Assembly (NCBI GenBank): GCA_964016885.1
Contig: OZ024742.1
Coordinates: 91,822,001 to 91,886,000, forward strand
Length of the DNA: 64,000 bases
Reading direction: 5' to 3'
Source: Eledone cirrhosa
Lineage: Eukaryota
Notes under the pieces: model-generated
The model's input: the letters and a program-made list of their open reading frames with translations, nothing else
What the model was told of the DNA's origin: nothing
The model's database searches: none
In this document: positions 27,001 through 40,256 of the stretch, one piece after another
Position numbering within the stretch: position 1 is the first letter of the stretch
Layout of the letters: each line of letters starts with the position of its first letter
Program-made: the position numbers and the translations under genes

Positions 27001-29753
27001 TGATCCTGTGCGATTTGTCCAAGTCCACATTGACACATTCGGGAAATCCAATCGGTACCTGTCAGACAGTTCAAAACGCCTGAGCAGGTTGGTGAGGCTC
27101 TTGCACCCTCCTCCCTATCCGCTAATCCCACACTGTCCCAGCGTGAATCTAAGATCCCGTTCCAGCCTCCCACTAATACTAAAGAGCGGGACGTTCCAAG
27201 AAAGTTTTCCAGACGCCTGAAGAAATCAGGCCGCCTTGCTCCTGTCGGGGCATAGACGGCCACTAGCCTGAAAGCTTGCCCGTCTCCGCTGGTCATGTCC
27301 AGCACCACCAACTTACCTTCTGGGTCCAGGAAGATGGCCCGTATGGCGAGATCCAAACCTCTCCGAAAGAGCATAGCAACTCCTCCCCCCGATTCAGGAC
27401 GGCTGAGAGATGCGTACACATCGTAGCCGCCGAAGATCGGTGCGAAGGCCCGTGCTTCGGAGATTCTGGTCTCGCTGATGGCCACTACATCTATGTTTAG
27501 TGACCTGAGGTCGTTGAGCAGGTGGGGCCCTGCTTCCATGACGACCCCAAGCCACGCGCATTTATGCTGCCTATTCTGAGTGAGGTCATGTTGAAATGGA
27601 GTGGAAAAGATGGGAAAGACCACTTATCTTACTTCTCGTAGAGGAAGGATGGTTTCTCCATCCTCTTCACTGCTTGTGGCCTCCTCCGGAAGGATGTCCT
27701 TATAAATCCTCCTGGAGAGTGCTTGTCGGAAGTCTCCGATGTCTTTGGGGAATTTTTGTTTTAGTGTCGTGTACGTTTTCTGTGTGATGCGAGTGATTTG
27801 TATGTGTGGATGTGGTGTGAACTTTTGGGTTGTTGCGTAGTCTTTTTCTGTGATGCTGGTGTTGTGTTGGATGTAGTGTAATAATTGGTTGTTGTTCAAA
27901 TTTAATGCTGTGTAGTGTGTATCGTTGTGGTTGTTTTGTTTTGTTTGCGTTTGTTGTGGGTTTGTTTCTGTTTCGCTTTTTGGTGACTTTTGTGGTGTTG
28001 GTGATGGTGATGGTGTTGGTGTTTGTGGTGATGGGGTTGGTGATGCTGGTATGGATGGTGGCATATCTGTCCTAACTTTTTTGTTTGATAGTTTATTTGT
28101 TTCCCTCTGTATTTTGTTTTTGGAGGGGGAAGGAAGAGGATTTTTTTCTTTTTTGGTTTCTTTTTCTTTTTTCTTTTTTCTTTTTTCTTTTTTCCTGATA
28201 CCGTTTCCCACTCGTCGTTACAATCTGTCTCCAGTTGCGATAGGTCGGGGAGTGGAAAATGCTCCACAGGCGTTGGTTTTGGTTGTGGTGTGGTGGATGG
28301 TGTAGGCGCTGGTGCTAGTTCTGGCGCGTTGGGTGGTGGTGGTGTTGGTTTTGCTACTGTTGCTGGGGTTGTTGCTGCTACAGTTGCTTCTGTTGTTGCT
28401 GCCATTTCTGCTGCTGGTGGTGTTGAGGGTTGAGTCACTAGGGTGGGTAAGAGAGGTGGCCTCAACTTTTTATTTTGAGGGCAGAAAGCCCTTAGGTGGG
28501 TTCCTTCACCACAAACGACACACCTAGGCCTTCTACCCTCGACGATTACGGTGAGGTGGCCGCGTCAGTGAGGTTTATTACCTCTGGGATCTCCTCAATG
28601 CTTTTTTGGTCCGCTTGGCTCAGGAGCTCCATCCCAGATCCGGACCAGTTCTCCTGCTTTTCTTTTGCTATTTCTATTATTTTGGCGTCGGCCTCGATGG
28701 CAGCGAGGACGGCAGCCATTAGCCAGGGAATTTCGATGGCCGGTGGAACGTGGGTCACCCTGATCTTTACGAGTCCCTGGCCACAATAGCTTGGGACGAG
28801 TGTGAAGTCGTCGCTTCTTAATGGGGCCATGGAATGCTCTCTGGCCTCCTGTGATGTTCCAAAGAACACGTCCACGGTTCCATATTTCTGCCCACGTCTG
28901 ATGTGGGTTTTTTTTGCCCACACATGTCCCAAAGCTTTTTGGATTTGGGACTCGGATGCCGTTCCACTCGGCGCGATTTTATGTTAATCGTCCGATAAGA
29001 CACGGTGCATAGGCACCGATGCTCCATTTTATTTGGTGGGGGGGGGGGGGGGGGTGAGGCTGATCCTGTACCCATCTTTCTTTACCATTCTCTTGGCTTC
29101 ATCTAATTCCTCCTGAGTTACATGGATTGTTTCAGATTTTTTGGCTGCTTTCGCAATGAAGCGATGTTATTCTGATTGTAGTTGTTGCTGTTGTTGTTAT
29201 TGTTATTTTTGTTATTGTTATTTTTAGTTTCAGTTGTGGTGGTGGTGGCGTCAGTGGTGTTCGGTGTGGAAGAGTCCATTCTGGGTGAAACCATTTCGAT
29301 GTCACGAGATAATTTATTTTTTTCTTTTGTTTCTGTTGTCGCTGTGGTGGTGGTGGGGGTTGCGGCGTCAACACCTGCAGTCATTGGTAATGGCGGGCAA
29401 TGAATGTCTGCATGAGACAAATTTAAATTATTGCTACTGCTTATATTTTTAGTGTTGGCAAACGTAGTTATATTTATAATGGTGGTGTCGGTGTGAGGTG
29501 TTAGTTTGTGAGGAAGGTGTAACTGTGAGCCGTCCATGATTTTTTCAAAGACATTTTTTGTTTGATAATTATAAAAGTTTAAATTTTGGGCTCAAGGCCC
29601 TAATCTTTTTTTGAGTGTCTTTTTCCGAAAGCAAATTTTGTGACCTTATAAACAGTTAACAGCAAAAATTTTCCATAAATGGCAATTTTAAACAAACGAA
29701 AACAACAAACCTTTGCGGAACTCACGATGATACGATTTCCTACGCAGGTCGCC
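24016..29753 (-). mobile_element. Tx1/L1-like non-LTR retrotransposon copy 2, near full-length, disrupted
   Basis: ORF2 fragments 24264-27590 very similar to copy 1; ORF1 fragments 27624-29537 with RPRCVVCGEGTHLRAFC knuckle; (TAA)n at both ends. Confidence 0.92.
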
Positions 29754-29781
29754 AATAATAATAGTAATATTAATAATAATA

Positions 29782-29960
29782 ATTGTTTCTACTTTTGGCA
29801 CAAGGCCAGCAATTACCAAGTACATTACCGGTACTTTATTTTATCGACCCCGTAAGGATGAAAGGCAAAGTTAACCTCGGCGGGTTTTGAACTCAGACCA
29901 TAAAGAGCCGTAAGTCTATGCGTCAAAGCATGGCGTCCGACCATCTACCGATACTGCCAT
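29782..29960 (-). mobile_element. tRNA-derived SINE whose (ATT)n tail abuts Tx1 copy 2
   Basis: Family consensus match; tail 29754-29783. Confidence 0.85.
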
Positions 29961-30392
29961 AATAATAATAATAATGTGTGCGCGCAGGTGCATAAGCATG
30001 CACACATTCCTACCGAAAAGATAAACATTGCATAGCTACCCACTTACATTCCACAATGTGTTCGATATAACGGTGTTCGCGGAGAACTGATTGCGTAGTT
30101 TCAGTACCATTCAACCTCAGAAGCCTTGAAAAGAGTCACGGACATTGCACTTCCTTTACTCACTAAGACGCTAACAAAATAAAATATTTTCAGTAAAATA
30201 AGATGCAGGGTATATTTATAGGTTTACTTAGTTTATATCAACAAACAGCCATTTCTGTATGTTTAGCTTCCACTTGGTTGGCTAATATTAGTTAGGAAGG
30301 GAATGTAATATCACTGAAGAGTTCTAATATGAAAGAAATACGATCGAGGAAAAAATGAGTCACTAATTATTACTATTTTTCAGTGATCAAAA

Positions 30393-30469
<77 letters not shown>

Positions 30470-30479
30470 ATATATAACA

Positions 30480-30625
30480 GAGTTCCGTACTGTTTCGGTC
30501 TATCAAATTTCACTCAAAAGGCATTGGTCATCCTGAGGCTGTAGTAAAAGACACTTGCCCAGGCGTGTACCTCATGTATAACCGAAATCCTGTTGTTCTG
30601 AATTGAACTCCTTAACCATACAGAT
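30480..30625 (-). mobile_element. Older SINE of a second family (CORE-like)
   Basis: gggcaagtgtct..ctacagcctc motif; similar copies near 38220-38365, 52680-52815, 53570-53690, 55140-55290. Confidence 0.55.
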
Positions 30626-31100
30626 GTCAGTTGGTTTCATAATAAAATCATTGACCTCATTTCTGTTATAAGCAAGCACGCATACTCATATATACATACG
30701 CAATATTATTACGAAGGTCACACCCTGAGTGTGTGACCCTCTCAATATTAACTACTTTGTTAAATATAAGTACTGGTGTTTGCAATATTTAGTTAGCGCA
30801 GTATTACTATGTTTGTGTATACGTTCATTTTATTTGTGTGTATGTGTGCACGTCGAATTATGCATATGGGTTTGCGTGCGTGTGTATATGTTGTGTGAGA
30901 TTACGTATGGTGTGTATACGTCAGGTTCATGTGTATATGATTGCATACGTGTGATAGTATGGGTATATATATATATTCATTAGTTAAGCAAAGCAAGACC
31001 ACAACTTTCACAAGGAAGACATTGTTAAAAGATTGTCAACATATTTTAGTTTGATGTAAGGAATGTAGAGAATAATAATAATAATAATATTAATAATAAT

Positions 31101-31198
31101 AATTGTTTCTACTTTAGGCACAAGGCCAGCAAATTACCCAGTGCATTACTGGTACTTTATTTTATCGACCCCGTAAGGATGAAAGGCAAAGTCAACCT
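31101..31198 (-). mobile_element. 5'-truncated SINE between (TAA)n runs
   Basis: 3' half of the SINE consensus. Confidence 0.75.
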
Positions 31199-31249
31199 AA
31201 TAATAATAATGTCCGTTTACAATTGTTTCGCTACTCCATATAATATTTC

Positions 31250-31930
31250 TGGATCAGATGACTATATATCATAATTGATCTGGTTTAGTTGAAAATAATT
31301 AACATATTTAAAAGACAGAGCGGCTCATCGGAACGTCAAAGGAATATAAATTAAAATAATGAGAGAATGTTACATAATATAATGTTCCATGTATTGGTTT
31401 TTCACTATGGTGTTTTGGTTGCATCAGTTGTCAGCCATAATCAAGCAGTATTCATCTGTCGAGACTGCATTGTGTGAGATCTGCCTATGGGTAACAAGAT
31501 GGCTGCCAAAGGACATATTTACCTTACTAATTAGAGGGTGGTTTCAGGGGAAGTAACTCCTCGAGAGATTAGAAATTGTGGGTATTTATAGTTAAGTGCT
31601 AATTTTTAAATTTTTTAATTGAGAGACAATGTAGGGGAGGTAACTTATAATTATCTAAGTTGTTCATAGCTATTTAACTTATTAGCTACAAGTAAAAATG
31701 GGGCTAGATGACTAAGTTGGGTCAAATATTCTATTGGCGAAGGAATTAGCCCTTCGATGTTGACAGCTAATAGTTACCTCCGTTCTATCGTTAATCGGTA
31801 GAGGTAGTGATAGAGTTATGTAATATGCTTGAATAATGTTAATAACTCCAGAAAACTCATTGTAGAGTGCTTTTAATCTATTGTAAAACTATATTCATTG
31901 AGTAATCAATGAGTCATATTAATCTTTGGT
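31250..31930 (-). mobile_element. Highly decayed Penelope-like element remnant (linker/GIY-YIG region)
   Basis: Broken peptides SYFP*NHPL, KVNMSF, QISHN, LSFKYV..INYDI resemble the PLE pattern FP..HPL..KVSYS..ISSHN..LSKYVW. Confidence 0.45.
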
Positions 31931-31944
31931 TATATATATATATC

Positions 31945-31976
<32 letters not shown>

Positions 31977-32142
31977 GTTTTAATATAGATGAGATTCTAC
32001 AGGACTAGAACTGTTTCATTCAACCCGGAATAACGTATATATATATATATATATTTCGTTTCTGAATTTGTTTAGCAAGATTCTTTATCTGAAATCGTGT
32101 GTTGAAACCGATATTGTTATATATATATATATATATATATAT

Positions 32143-32177
<35 letters not shown>

Positions 32178-33178
32178 TAAAGCGCGTGCATACATGCGTA
32201 TATTTATAATTGCATGTACGAATATGCATATATGCCCGTGTATATATATATATATGTGTGTATATGTGTGCGCACACATATATATGTATATGTGTGTGCA
32301 TTTGCGTTTCTGCATGTGTGTGTGCACGCATGTATATATTAGTGTGTTTATTAGTGTTTCTGTATATATGTATGTATATATCAGTGTGTGCATTGGTCTT
32401 TCTCTATGTATGTATATATGTGTATGGGTGTATGTATGATTGCATATGTTTGCACATATGCATGTATGCATGCGTATTTGTAGTTTTTGTTTTGTTTCTG
32501 TAGTTCAACACCTGATGTTGGCAAGCATTGTTATTTGAGTGTGTTAATTATTGGGAAGGACATGAGGAAGTCTGGGAGAGGAAGAGAATCAAGAGAGAGT
32601 GTGGGAGGGGGGGGGGGAGAACAATTGTGTTAATTACTGAGGACTGGGGAGATGTGGTAAGGGCGGGTTAGAGAGGGTGAGATAGTTAGATAGTCTGGGA
32701 GAGTAAGAGTCAAGAGAGGGGGAGAGAAAGGGAGAGGCAGACAGCTGTGTTAATTAATTATGACTGGGAAGAAGGGAAGAGGGAAAGATAACAAGGAGAG
32801 ACACACACACTAATAGATAGATAGACAGACTAACATAGACAGTTAGACAGATATAGACAGACAGACAATTTCTATGAGGAGAGGAGAGGAGAGAGAGAGA
32901 GAGAGAGTAATAAAATGGATGTTTTGTGGCTGGTGACAGGTGACAATTGGGGAATGAAGAGGGTAAGCTACATATTTTGAAACAATTTGACAAAAACGTA
33001 AATGTATAGTTGACAAGGTAGATAGCTGCCACATAGGGTGGGTAGCTAGCTGACATTGACTATGTCTATTATAGCGCAGGTCTTTTATTGAATTTTATCT
33101 AGCTAGATAGCTAGGTAGGAACTTTGTTTTTAATGACAGCAGGGAAGAGAGGGCACGCAAATAGACAGATATATACAT

Positions 33179-33361
33179 AATTGTTTCTACTTTTGGCACA
33201 AGGCCAGTAATTACCCAGTGCATTACTGGTACTTTATTTTATCGACCCCGTAAGGATGAAAGGCAAAGTCAACCTCGGCGGGATTTGAACTCAGATCGTA
33301 AAGGGACGTAACTATGCTGGAAAGCATGGCGTCCGACCCTCTACTGATGCTGCCAATCCAC
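33179..33361 (-). mobile_element. tRNA-derived SINE
   Basis: Full-length family copy. Confidence 0.85.
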
Positions 33362-33364
33362 ATA

Positions 33365-33990
33365 TACATAATGCAGGCATATATATTGGCTGTGCAGATT
33401 CGAGACCTTCTCATAAGTAGCTTCATATTTTGTAGTTTAGTCGGTTTCATTTTCTTCAGGCTATTTAATTATGGCATGCTGCTTTGCATTTGTCAGTAAG
33501 TTTTTGTACTGATTTTTGCATGTCGTTTACGTTTTATAAATCTATATTTTGTCCTTTAGTAGAATAAATAGGTTTCTCTGTATATGTGTATAGCTATCGT
33601 TCATCTTTAGATTAAAAGTCAAAATATATGGTATAATCTACTTGTTTATTTTTTAATACTATTATGGATTACATTTAAAGGTTGATGAGTAGTTTTTCCT
33701 CTTTTCTATTATTTCTGGTTCTTAGGTTTGAGACTAATGTGTAGATTCACTCAAGTAAATTGAATGAAACATAAATTAGCCTGAGAGTGCTTTGGATGAG
33801 ATGAGGTAAAATTGTCGAGAGAACGTAGGTTTGAAATATAGATCAGTTTCTAGTTTGATGGGTGCCTTATTTTATATTTAAAAAGTGTTTTTTGTTACTG
33901 ACGTTCGTAGTCAATTGGATGTTGGGGTTTATATTATTGAGGTTTTGAAAGGTTTCCGCTTATCAAGATTGTTCTTCCAAAGTCATCATA
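33365..33990 (-). mobile_element. Decayed Penelope-like element remnant (RT C-terminus to GIY-YIG start)
   Basis: Peptides LNNINPNIQLT, KLETDLYFKPT, HPKH, NLLTNAK, CTANIY in the order expected for a PLE ORF. Confidence 0.65.
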
Positions 33991-34222
33991 TAGGGAACAA
34001 TTACAAGAAATAGGACAACATATATAATACGGACATACGCAATAACTACAAAACATTAAAATATTAATAATAGTTAATGCACGTAACCTGTACTTTACTT
34101 ATTATATCTATTTTTCTATGTCAACGATTTTTGTAATTGATTATTTTCAGTTTCTTGTGACTGAAGACTATCCCGTGTAGCTGTAATTCTGGTTTCCTAT
34201 TAAAAATAAACCATTATTAGAA

Positions 34223-34402
34223 TGGCAGTATAGATAGAGAGTAGGACGCTATGCTTTCCAGCATAGTTACGTCCCTTTACGATCTGAGTTCAAATCCCGC
34301 CGAGGTTAACTTTGCCTTTCATCCTTACGGGGTGGATAAAATAAAGTACCAGTAATGTACTGGGTAATTTGCTGGCCTTGTGCCAAATGTAGAAACAATT
34401 AT
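34223..34402 (+). mobile_element. tRNA-derived SINE
   Basis: tggcagtat A box, gagttcaaatcc B box, family core, attatt tail. Confidence 0.85.
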
Positions 34403-34435
34403 TAGTATATATATATATATATTTATATATATATA

Positions 34436-34472
<37 letters not shown>

Positions 34473-34540
34473 GTATAATCTACTTATATATATATATAAG
34501 TAAGGATGTTTTGAAACAGCGAGCGAGTTTGAAATTAGAC

Positions 34541-34694
34541 ATAGAAGCTTTCGCCGTATTTTTTATTTTTTATTTTAGCTTGATAGTGGGGTTTTGAACC
34601 CTAATACGCTTCTTTTTCCATTTCTTAGAGGGTTCTAAACCCCACTTTCAGGCTAAAATTTCTTTAGTCCAAAAAATTCGGCGAAAGCTTCTAT
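34541..34694. repeat. Imperfect fold-back inverted repeat
   Basis: atagaagctttcgccg/cggcgaaagcttctat and attttagcttgatagtggggttttgaaccct/agggttctaaaccccactttcaggctaaaat. Confidence 0.85.
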
Positions 34695-35290
34695 ATATAT
34701 AATTTTGAAGGATGATGTGCTCAAGTGCATAGATATTATAAAATAGCTCAGAAAACTGGGTGAAGAAACTCAGAAGATGGAAAAAGAAGTTGCCTTCACC
34801 CGTCCCTAATCCCCCTCAGCAGCCGTTGGTAATTCTTTTTCAGTTGTTTGAGGGTATTCACTCTGTTTTGTTAGCTACTGTGTAGCTTCTATGCTACTGA
34901 GCACATCATTCTTTATACTTATATATTCCTATTATTAGTATATATTAATGGTGGTAATGAACATATACATATATATACATATATACATACATATATATAT
35001 GTGTGTGTGTGTGTACTAATAACAAGTGTTTCTACTTTTGACACAAGGCCATTAATTACCCCAGTGCATTAATGGTGCTTTATTTTATCGACCCCGAAAT
35101 GATATAAGTAAGAATAAAGAGGGACCATATTCAAATAATGTATTTTTTGCGGGAAACCAGAAGTACAGGTACATGGGTTGGTCACAAGAAACTAAATAAT
35201 CAATCACAAAAATCATTAAACATGGATAAATAGATATATTAAGTAAAAGAATAAAATTTACACCAACTCCCGCAAAACTGTATATTACAG

Positions 35291-35327
<37 letters not shown>

Positions 35328-38300
35328 CTTTCTATTTACAGTTAATTAACAATGGCGGCGATAGTATAGTGTCTCAAGGCAAATAATAAGAATTGATAGG
35401 TAGAAACGTTACGGTAAGTACAGAAAAACATACAACAACAACATACGACATAGAGCAGACTGCGTAAGTTCTCTGCACTTATTGACCCCATCAGCTAATC
35501 CGCTATTGTAACTAACCGTCATTATTTTATATATGTATTTCCTTAATCAAATAACAAACATAGATACATAAGTTAACCAATCCTAACAATACTGTTACAC
35601 TATTATTACATTATCAATTTATGCACTGCCAACTTTACATTAGTATTTTTAGCAAACAGGATGGTCCAAGAGATGTCCAAGATATTCAGACCCATTAAGG
35701 TGTTTCTCTTTTCTTTTTGGTTTTGTTTCGTTGTTTATCGACTTATTTGTGCAGCAGCATACGTGTACGTAGTTTGGTCTTCCTATGCATGCGTGAGTGT
35801 GTGTGTGTGTTTATATATGTCTGAATGTATGTGTTTCATTTTTCTCCTATTTCTTTCTTCAAGAACTTTAAGTTACATTTATTTTAATATATTTCTCTAA
35901 TTTGTTTATTTTTTCTCATTTATTACCATTTTTGTTTTGTTTTACTGTGTATTAGTTTGATTGAATTCATTATTTTTTCATTAAAGGTGGTAACTACATT
36001 TAATTTGACATTTTTCTTTCAATATTTTTCCTTTCTAAATAGTTCACTTTTCCAAAATGGGTGACTAAATATTCACGTGTTTCTCATGAAAAATTATCTT
36101 TCCCATTTTTATTTTCTTTCTTTTCTGACTACCGTCTATTCTTCTCTCTCCAATGAATGTCTAATGTCCGAAACGTTATGACTCTTCTTTTCCTATGTTT
36201 TCAACCCTTAAATGAATATATATCCACATAGTATTGTTCTTCCGTGGTATTGTTCCTTGATTACTTTTCTCAATTATTCAACTCCGTTAACTTCTTTGTA
36301 TTTTATTCCTTCCAACCAACCAGCGGTGTCAATATGGTGTTCAGGCAACATGGATGTTATCTGAATTATTGCTACTTGAATGTATGTGATTATAAAATCT
36401 ATTACGTCCATAAATGAGTCTTTAATTCTGCAAATGTTTTACTGTAGAGAATTTTGCTTTATTTTCTATCGTTTTTACAAAGTGCATTTTTTCTGTTTGA
36501 AATAAATGTTTTAATGTATGCTGCGCGAAGCTGAAATATTGAAAAAGGTGATTGCATTGATAATTCCTTAATTTTTCGCTACTGTTTTTGTTGTATTGGC
36601 TATATTTTGTATTGGCCATATTTTGTTGTATATATATTGGCAATATAATGGCTATATTTCTCTGTAAAGTGGGTATTTTTTTCTGTCCAATTTGCTTTTT
36701 GTTCTTTTGAGTTCGATACAAAACGCTCCAGTCTATAAATGGTGCCGATTCTTCTTCTATATCTTTTTCTCACTTCCTCACTCTCCTTCTCATGTTTTCT
36801 CGCTATCTCTTCCTCTCTCTCTCTATCTCTCACTCTCTTTCTGTTTTTTTCTTTTTTTTCAGTTGCTTCTTTTACTTTTTGTATTCATATCTGGAAAGGG
36901 GTTTAAAGTGTCCAAGAAACACTTTATCTCATTACAACACACGACTCTATGGAGAGTTACGTGTCCATACATACATGATAGTATTTGGTAAAGATTTGTT
37001 TACAATTTCTTGTAGTAACTGCAGCGAAGCTTGCTTCCTCGTTAGATCTATTGGTGGTAGTGTTGTTGCTGTTATCTTTCTCTCGTGATATGTGGGATTT
37101 TGTTTCAATAGTATGTTTGCTCTCTTCACAGCCCTGCATGTCATGTAAATCTCAACGTCGGCGTTTATCAGCGGTCTTCAAATTCTTGTTGTGGTTGTTG
37201 TTTTTTATTCCTACGTCAGTCCTAATCCAGTAGACCTATTACCTATAAACATTCTGTCTTTTGTTTTCACTCATAGTGTATCTAGGAATACATCATCCAA
37301 TGAGTAATTCTTTTTAAATACAGCATAAGGATATTTATACTGCTATTTCTTGCTACTCGAGTTACTTTATAGAGTCTCACTCGTCTGGCTTAGTTTAATT
37401 CTTCATGAGATAGTGTAATTTGTATAAGCAGTAGAGCTCTGGCAGGTATTTAACATTGCAAATCTCATTCGGACATATTGTATGTCTCATAGTTGATATT
37501 GACATAGCTGTCTTATTCTAAAGGTGATGTTGATGCTTATGATGGTTTGGAGGATGACAGAGGTACTGATGATGATGTGGTGGTGATGATGGTGGGGTTG
37601 ATGATGGTGATGATGATGATGATGATAGTTGCCCTCGCAGTTGTCTACGTGACCTATTATCGTCAAAAGACAAGTAATTTGTTATGCTAGTTCTGTATGT
37701 CTGTCCGGAAGATGTCAAGCTGGCCACCATTGACACTTTGATTTGTATATATTACTTCAGTACAAGACATGATTGTAATTAGCTCCAATTAACACCTATG
37801 CTCTTATTGGAGTAAACATGATAATTGTTCCTTATATACACACAAAGCCTGAGAATGTTAGCTGGGATTTGTAAAATCGTTTAACTTTAGATATATACAC
37901 CTTTTTTAACCGTCTTGCGATAGGTGTTTTGATAATTCCATTTTAAACTCATTGTATAGTCTACTCCTAAATCATTTGCAAGAAAAAGAAAACAAAAAGG
38001 GATCACAACTAAAACGGTTTCGATCTTAGATCTATGCATCTGACGGGTTGATCTGGAGCTAAACAACACTACCAACAACAAATGATGTCTGTCCCAGCTA
38101 ACATGAAACTTGCGGGAGGAAGGGCGGGCGAAAGAAGGAAATGGTTTTCAAACAAGTTACCTGGCCTCAATGCTTAAAACTCAGTTAGCTTTCAAGTACA
38201 TAAAAGGTCTCTTTGTAATTTTCCGTGCAGTTTCCATCTACTAAATCTCACTCACAAGTTCTTGTTTGACGCGAGGGTATGGTCAGGGCCATTACACCAG

Positions 38301-40017
38301 GATGCCGCGCAATAGGATTGAACAGAAATCTACATAGTTGCTAAGCAAATCCTTTAACCACACTGCCGTACATGCAAACCAACAATTTAATAGTAAACAA
38401 TGCTGTTGATGAAACTTTTTATCATTAAAGCACTAAGAGCGGGGGTGGGAGTTAGCAAAATCGTCAGTGCAGTATTTCGTTAAAGCACTCTACGTTTTAG
38501 TTTTAAATCACACATAGGTCAACTCTGCTTTCATTCTTCTGGAATTGATAAAAGAAAGTACTTCTAAATTACGGGGGTCGATATACTTGACTTTTCCCCT
38601 CTCCAAAAATTGCTGGCTTTGAGCTTGCATTAGAAATCATTATTAAAATGCTCAGATTGCTGAGCGAATTACTATTACTTTGATGTTATTTAGACTCAAG
38701 ACACATCTGATCCTGAAGATTTATGTTCAAAATTAACCTGTAATAATTCCGTGATTTATTACTATGTAGTAAATACTGTATTTTTTCTATGGTTGCCTTC
38801 CTACTTCTATTGTTTTTAAACAACAAAGGGTGGTTGAAATGAGACTTGAACGGTGAATTGACTGGGTCGTACGAGCGTTCGATTAGATGCCTTGGTATTT
38901 GTTCCGTTTCACTGCGCTCTGAGTTTAAATCCCACTGCGGTCAACTTTACCTTTCATCAATTCAAAGTCGATAAATATAGTACTAGTCCATGTACTGTGG
39001 ATTGGCGGAATTTGAGAGTCGGATAGGAGGCGTTGCTGTATTTGGTCCAGCTCTCTGCATTGTGAGTTCTAATTCCACATCTTTCTGCCAGGTGTTGAAA
39101 ATATCAAATTGTATCAGCAATGGAGGGATCAATATAGTTTTCTTGCCACGATCTCATAATCGGCACATTTTCATTCTTTTATGCTACTATTACTAGCAAT
39201 TAAAATAACCGCGGAAAGTCTTCCTCGTAGATTCGAAAGAATTGTTATCTTTCTAAAAGGTTTTATACGCGTTAAGTAGTGAGTTTCGTGTAATAACACT
39301 GACTCTAAGAAGAAAAACGGGAAAGATTGAGGAAATCAAATGTATAAACTGACAGTCGTGCCATTCGGTTTAGACAGGAATTGACCTAAATTGGTTTGGA
39401 AGACGAACGGGACACGGACCCGCATACACACACCTGTCCCAAACCCAGAGACTCATTGTGTTGATGATTATTTTGCGTTTACAGTATCTAGGTTAAGCGA
39501 CGGAGCGTACAAGTCTCCTCACCTTGACGAACACCAGTCCATCGTAGGGTTAACCTACATCTATTACTGGCTGAAGCAACATGGAATGAAGTGTCTTGCT
39601 CATGAACAGAACGCGCCATTTAGTCCAATGTTTGAACCCGTGACATTACGATTGTAAGTCCAACACCCCAAGAACGAGGCCACGCAACAACAGATATCAC
39701 TTGCTGCTATACATAAACTTGTTACAGGAGTGTGTTTATGAGAAACCTCGATTACAAAATAGTATAAACTGTATTTTGTCACAACCTCTATTTAGTTTTT
39801 CGTTTCTTTCACTACTTTTACTCTATTTCTCTCTATATCTTAATTTTTTCTTAAACTCTCTAACTATTTTTTATCAAACAATCTGATGCACATAAATTGG
39901 ATTATGTATGTCTGTATATACGTGTTATTATATATATATATATATATAAAACAGATGAAAGCGAAAATGCAACTGGAGTCTTATTTAAAATATATATATA
40001 TATATATTTATTTGGTT

Positions 40018-40055
40018 CCTTTACCGGTTTCGCAGTTCTTCTGCTTTTCAAAAGT
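40018..40055 (-). ncRNA. Degenerate minimal hammerhead between (TA)n tracts
   Basis: ctt-TTGAAAA-gcag-aagaa-ctgc-GAAA-ccgg-TA-aag; two core transitions from CTGAAGA. Confidence 0.5.
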
Positions 40056-40079
40056 AGAGTTGAGATGGAGGGTCTGTGG

Positions 40080-40125
<46 letters not shown>

Positions 40126-40173
40126 AGACGTAAAATAAGAAAATTATAAAATTAACTTACTTACTAAAATATC

Positions 40174-40256
40174 ACTTCCAACTAATTAGTTTCTGGAATG
40201 GAGTAAATATATTTTCCGAAGAATAATACAGAGAAGCATTCCGTCGTCAGGAAAGT
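40174..40256 (-). ncRNA. Type I hammerhead motif, copy 1
   Basis: actttc-CTGACGA-c-ggaatg..cattcc-a-GAAA-ctaattag-TT-ggaagt. Confidence 0.75.

Noticed and set aside
30310-30350. CTGAAGA-gttc..gaaa-GAAA hammerhead-like motif
   Set aside because: No convincing stems I or III
36900-38170. Possible minus-strand exons or UTR
   Set aside because: No recognisable protein or consistent splice frame
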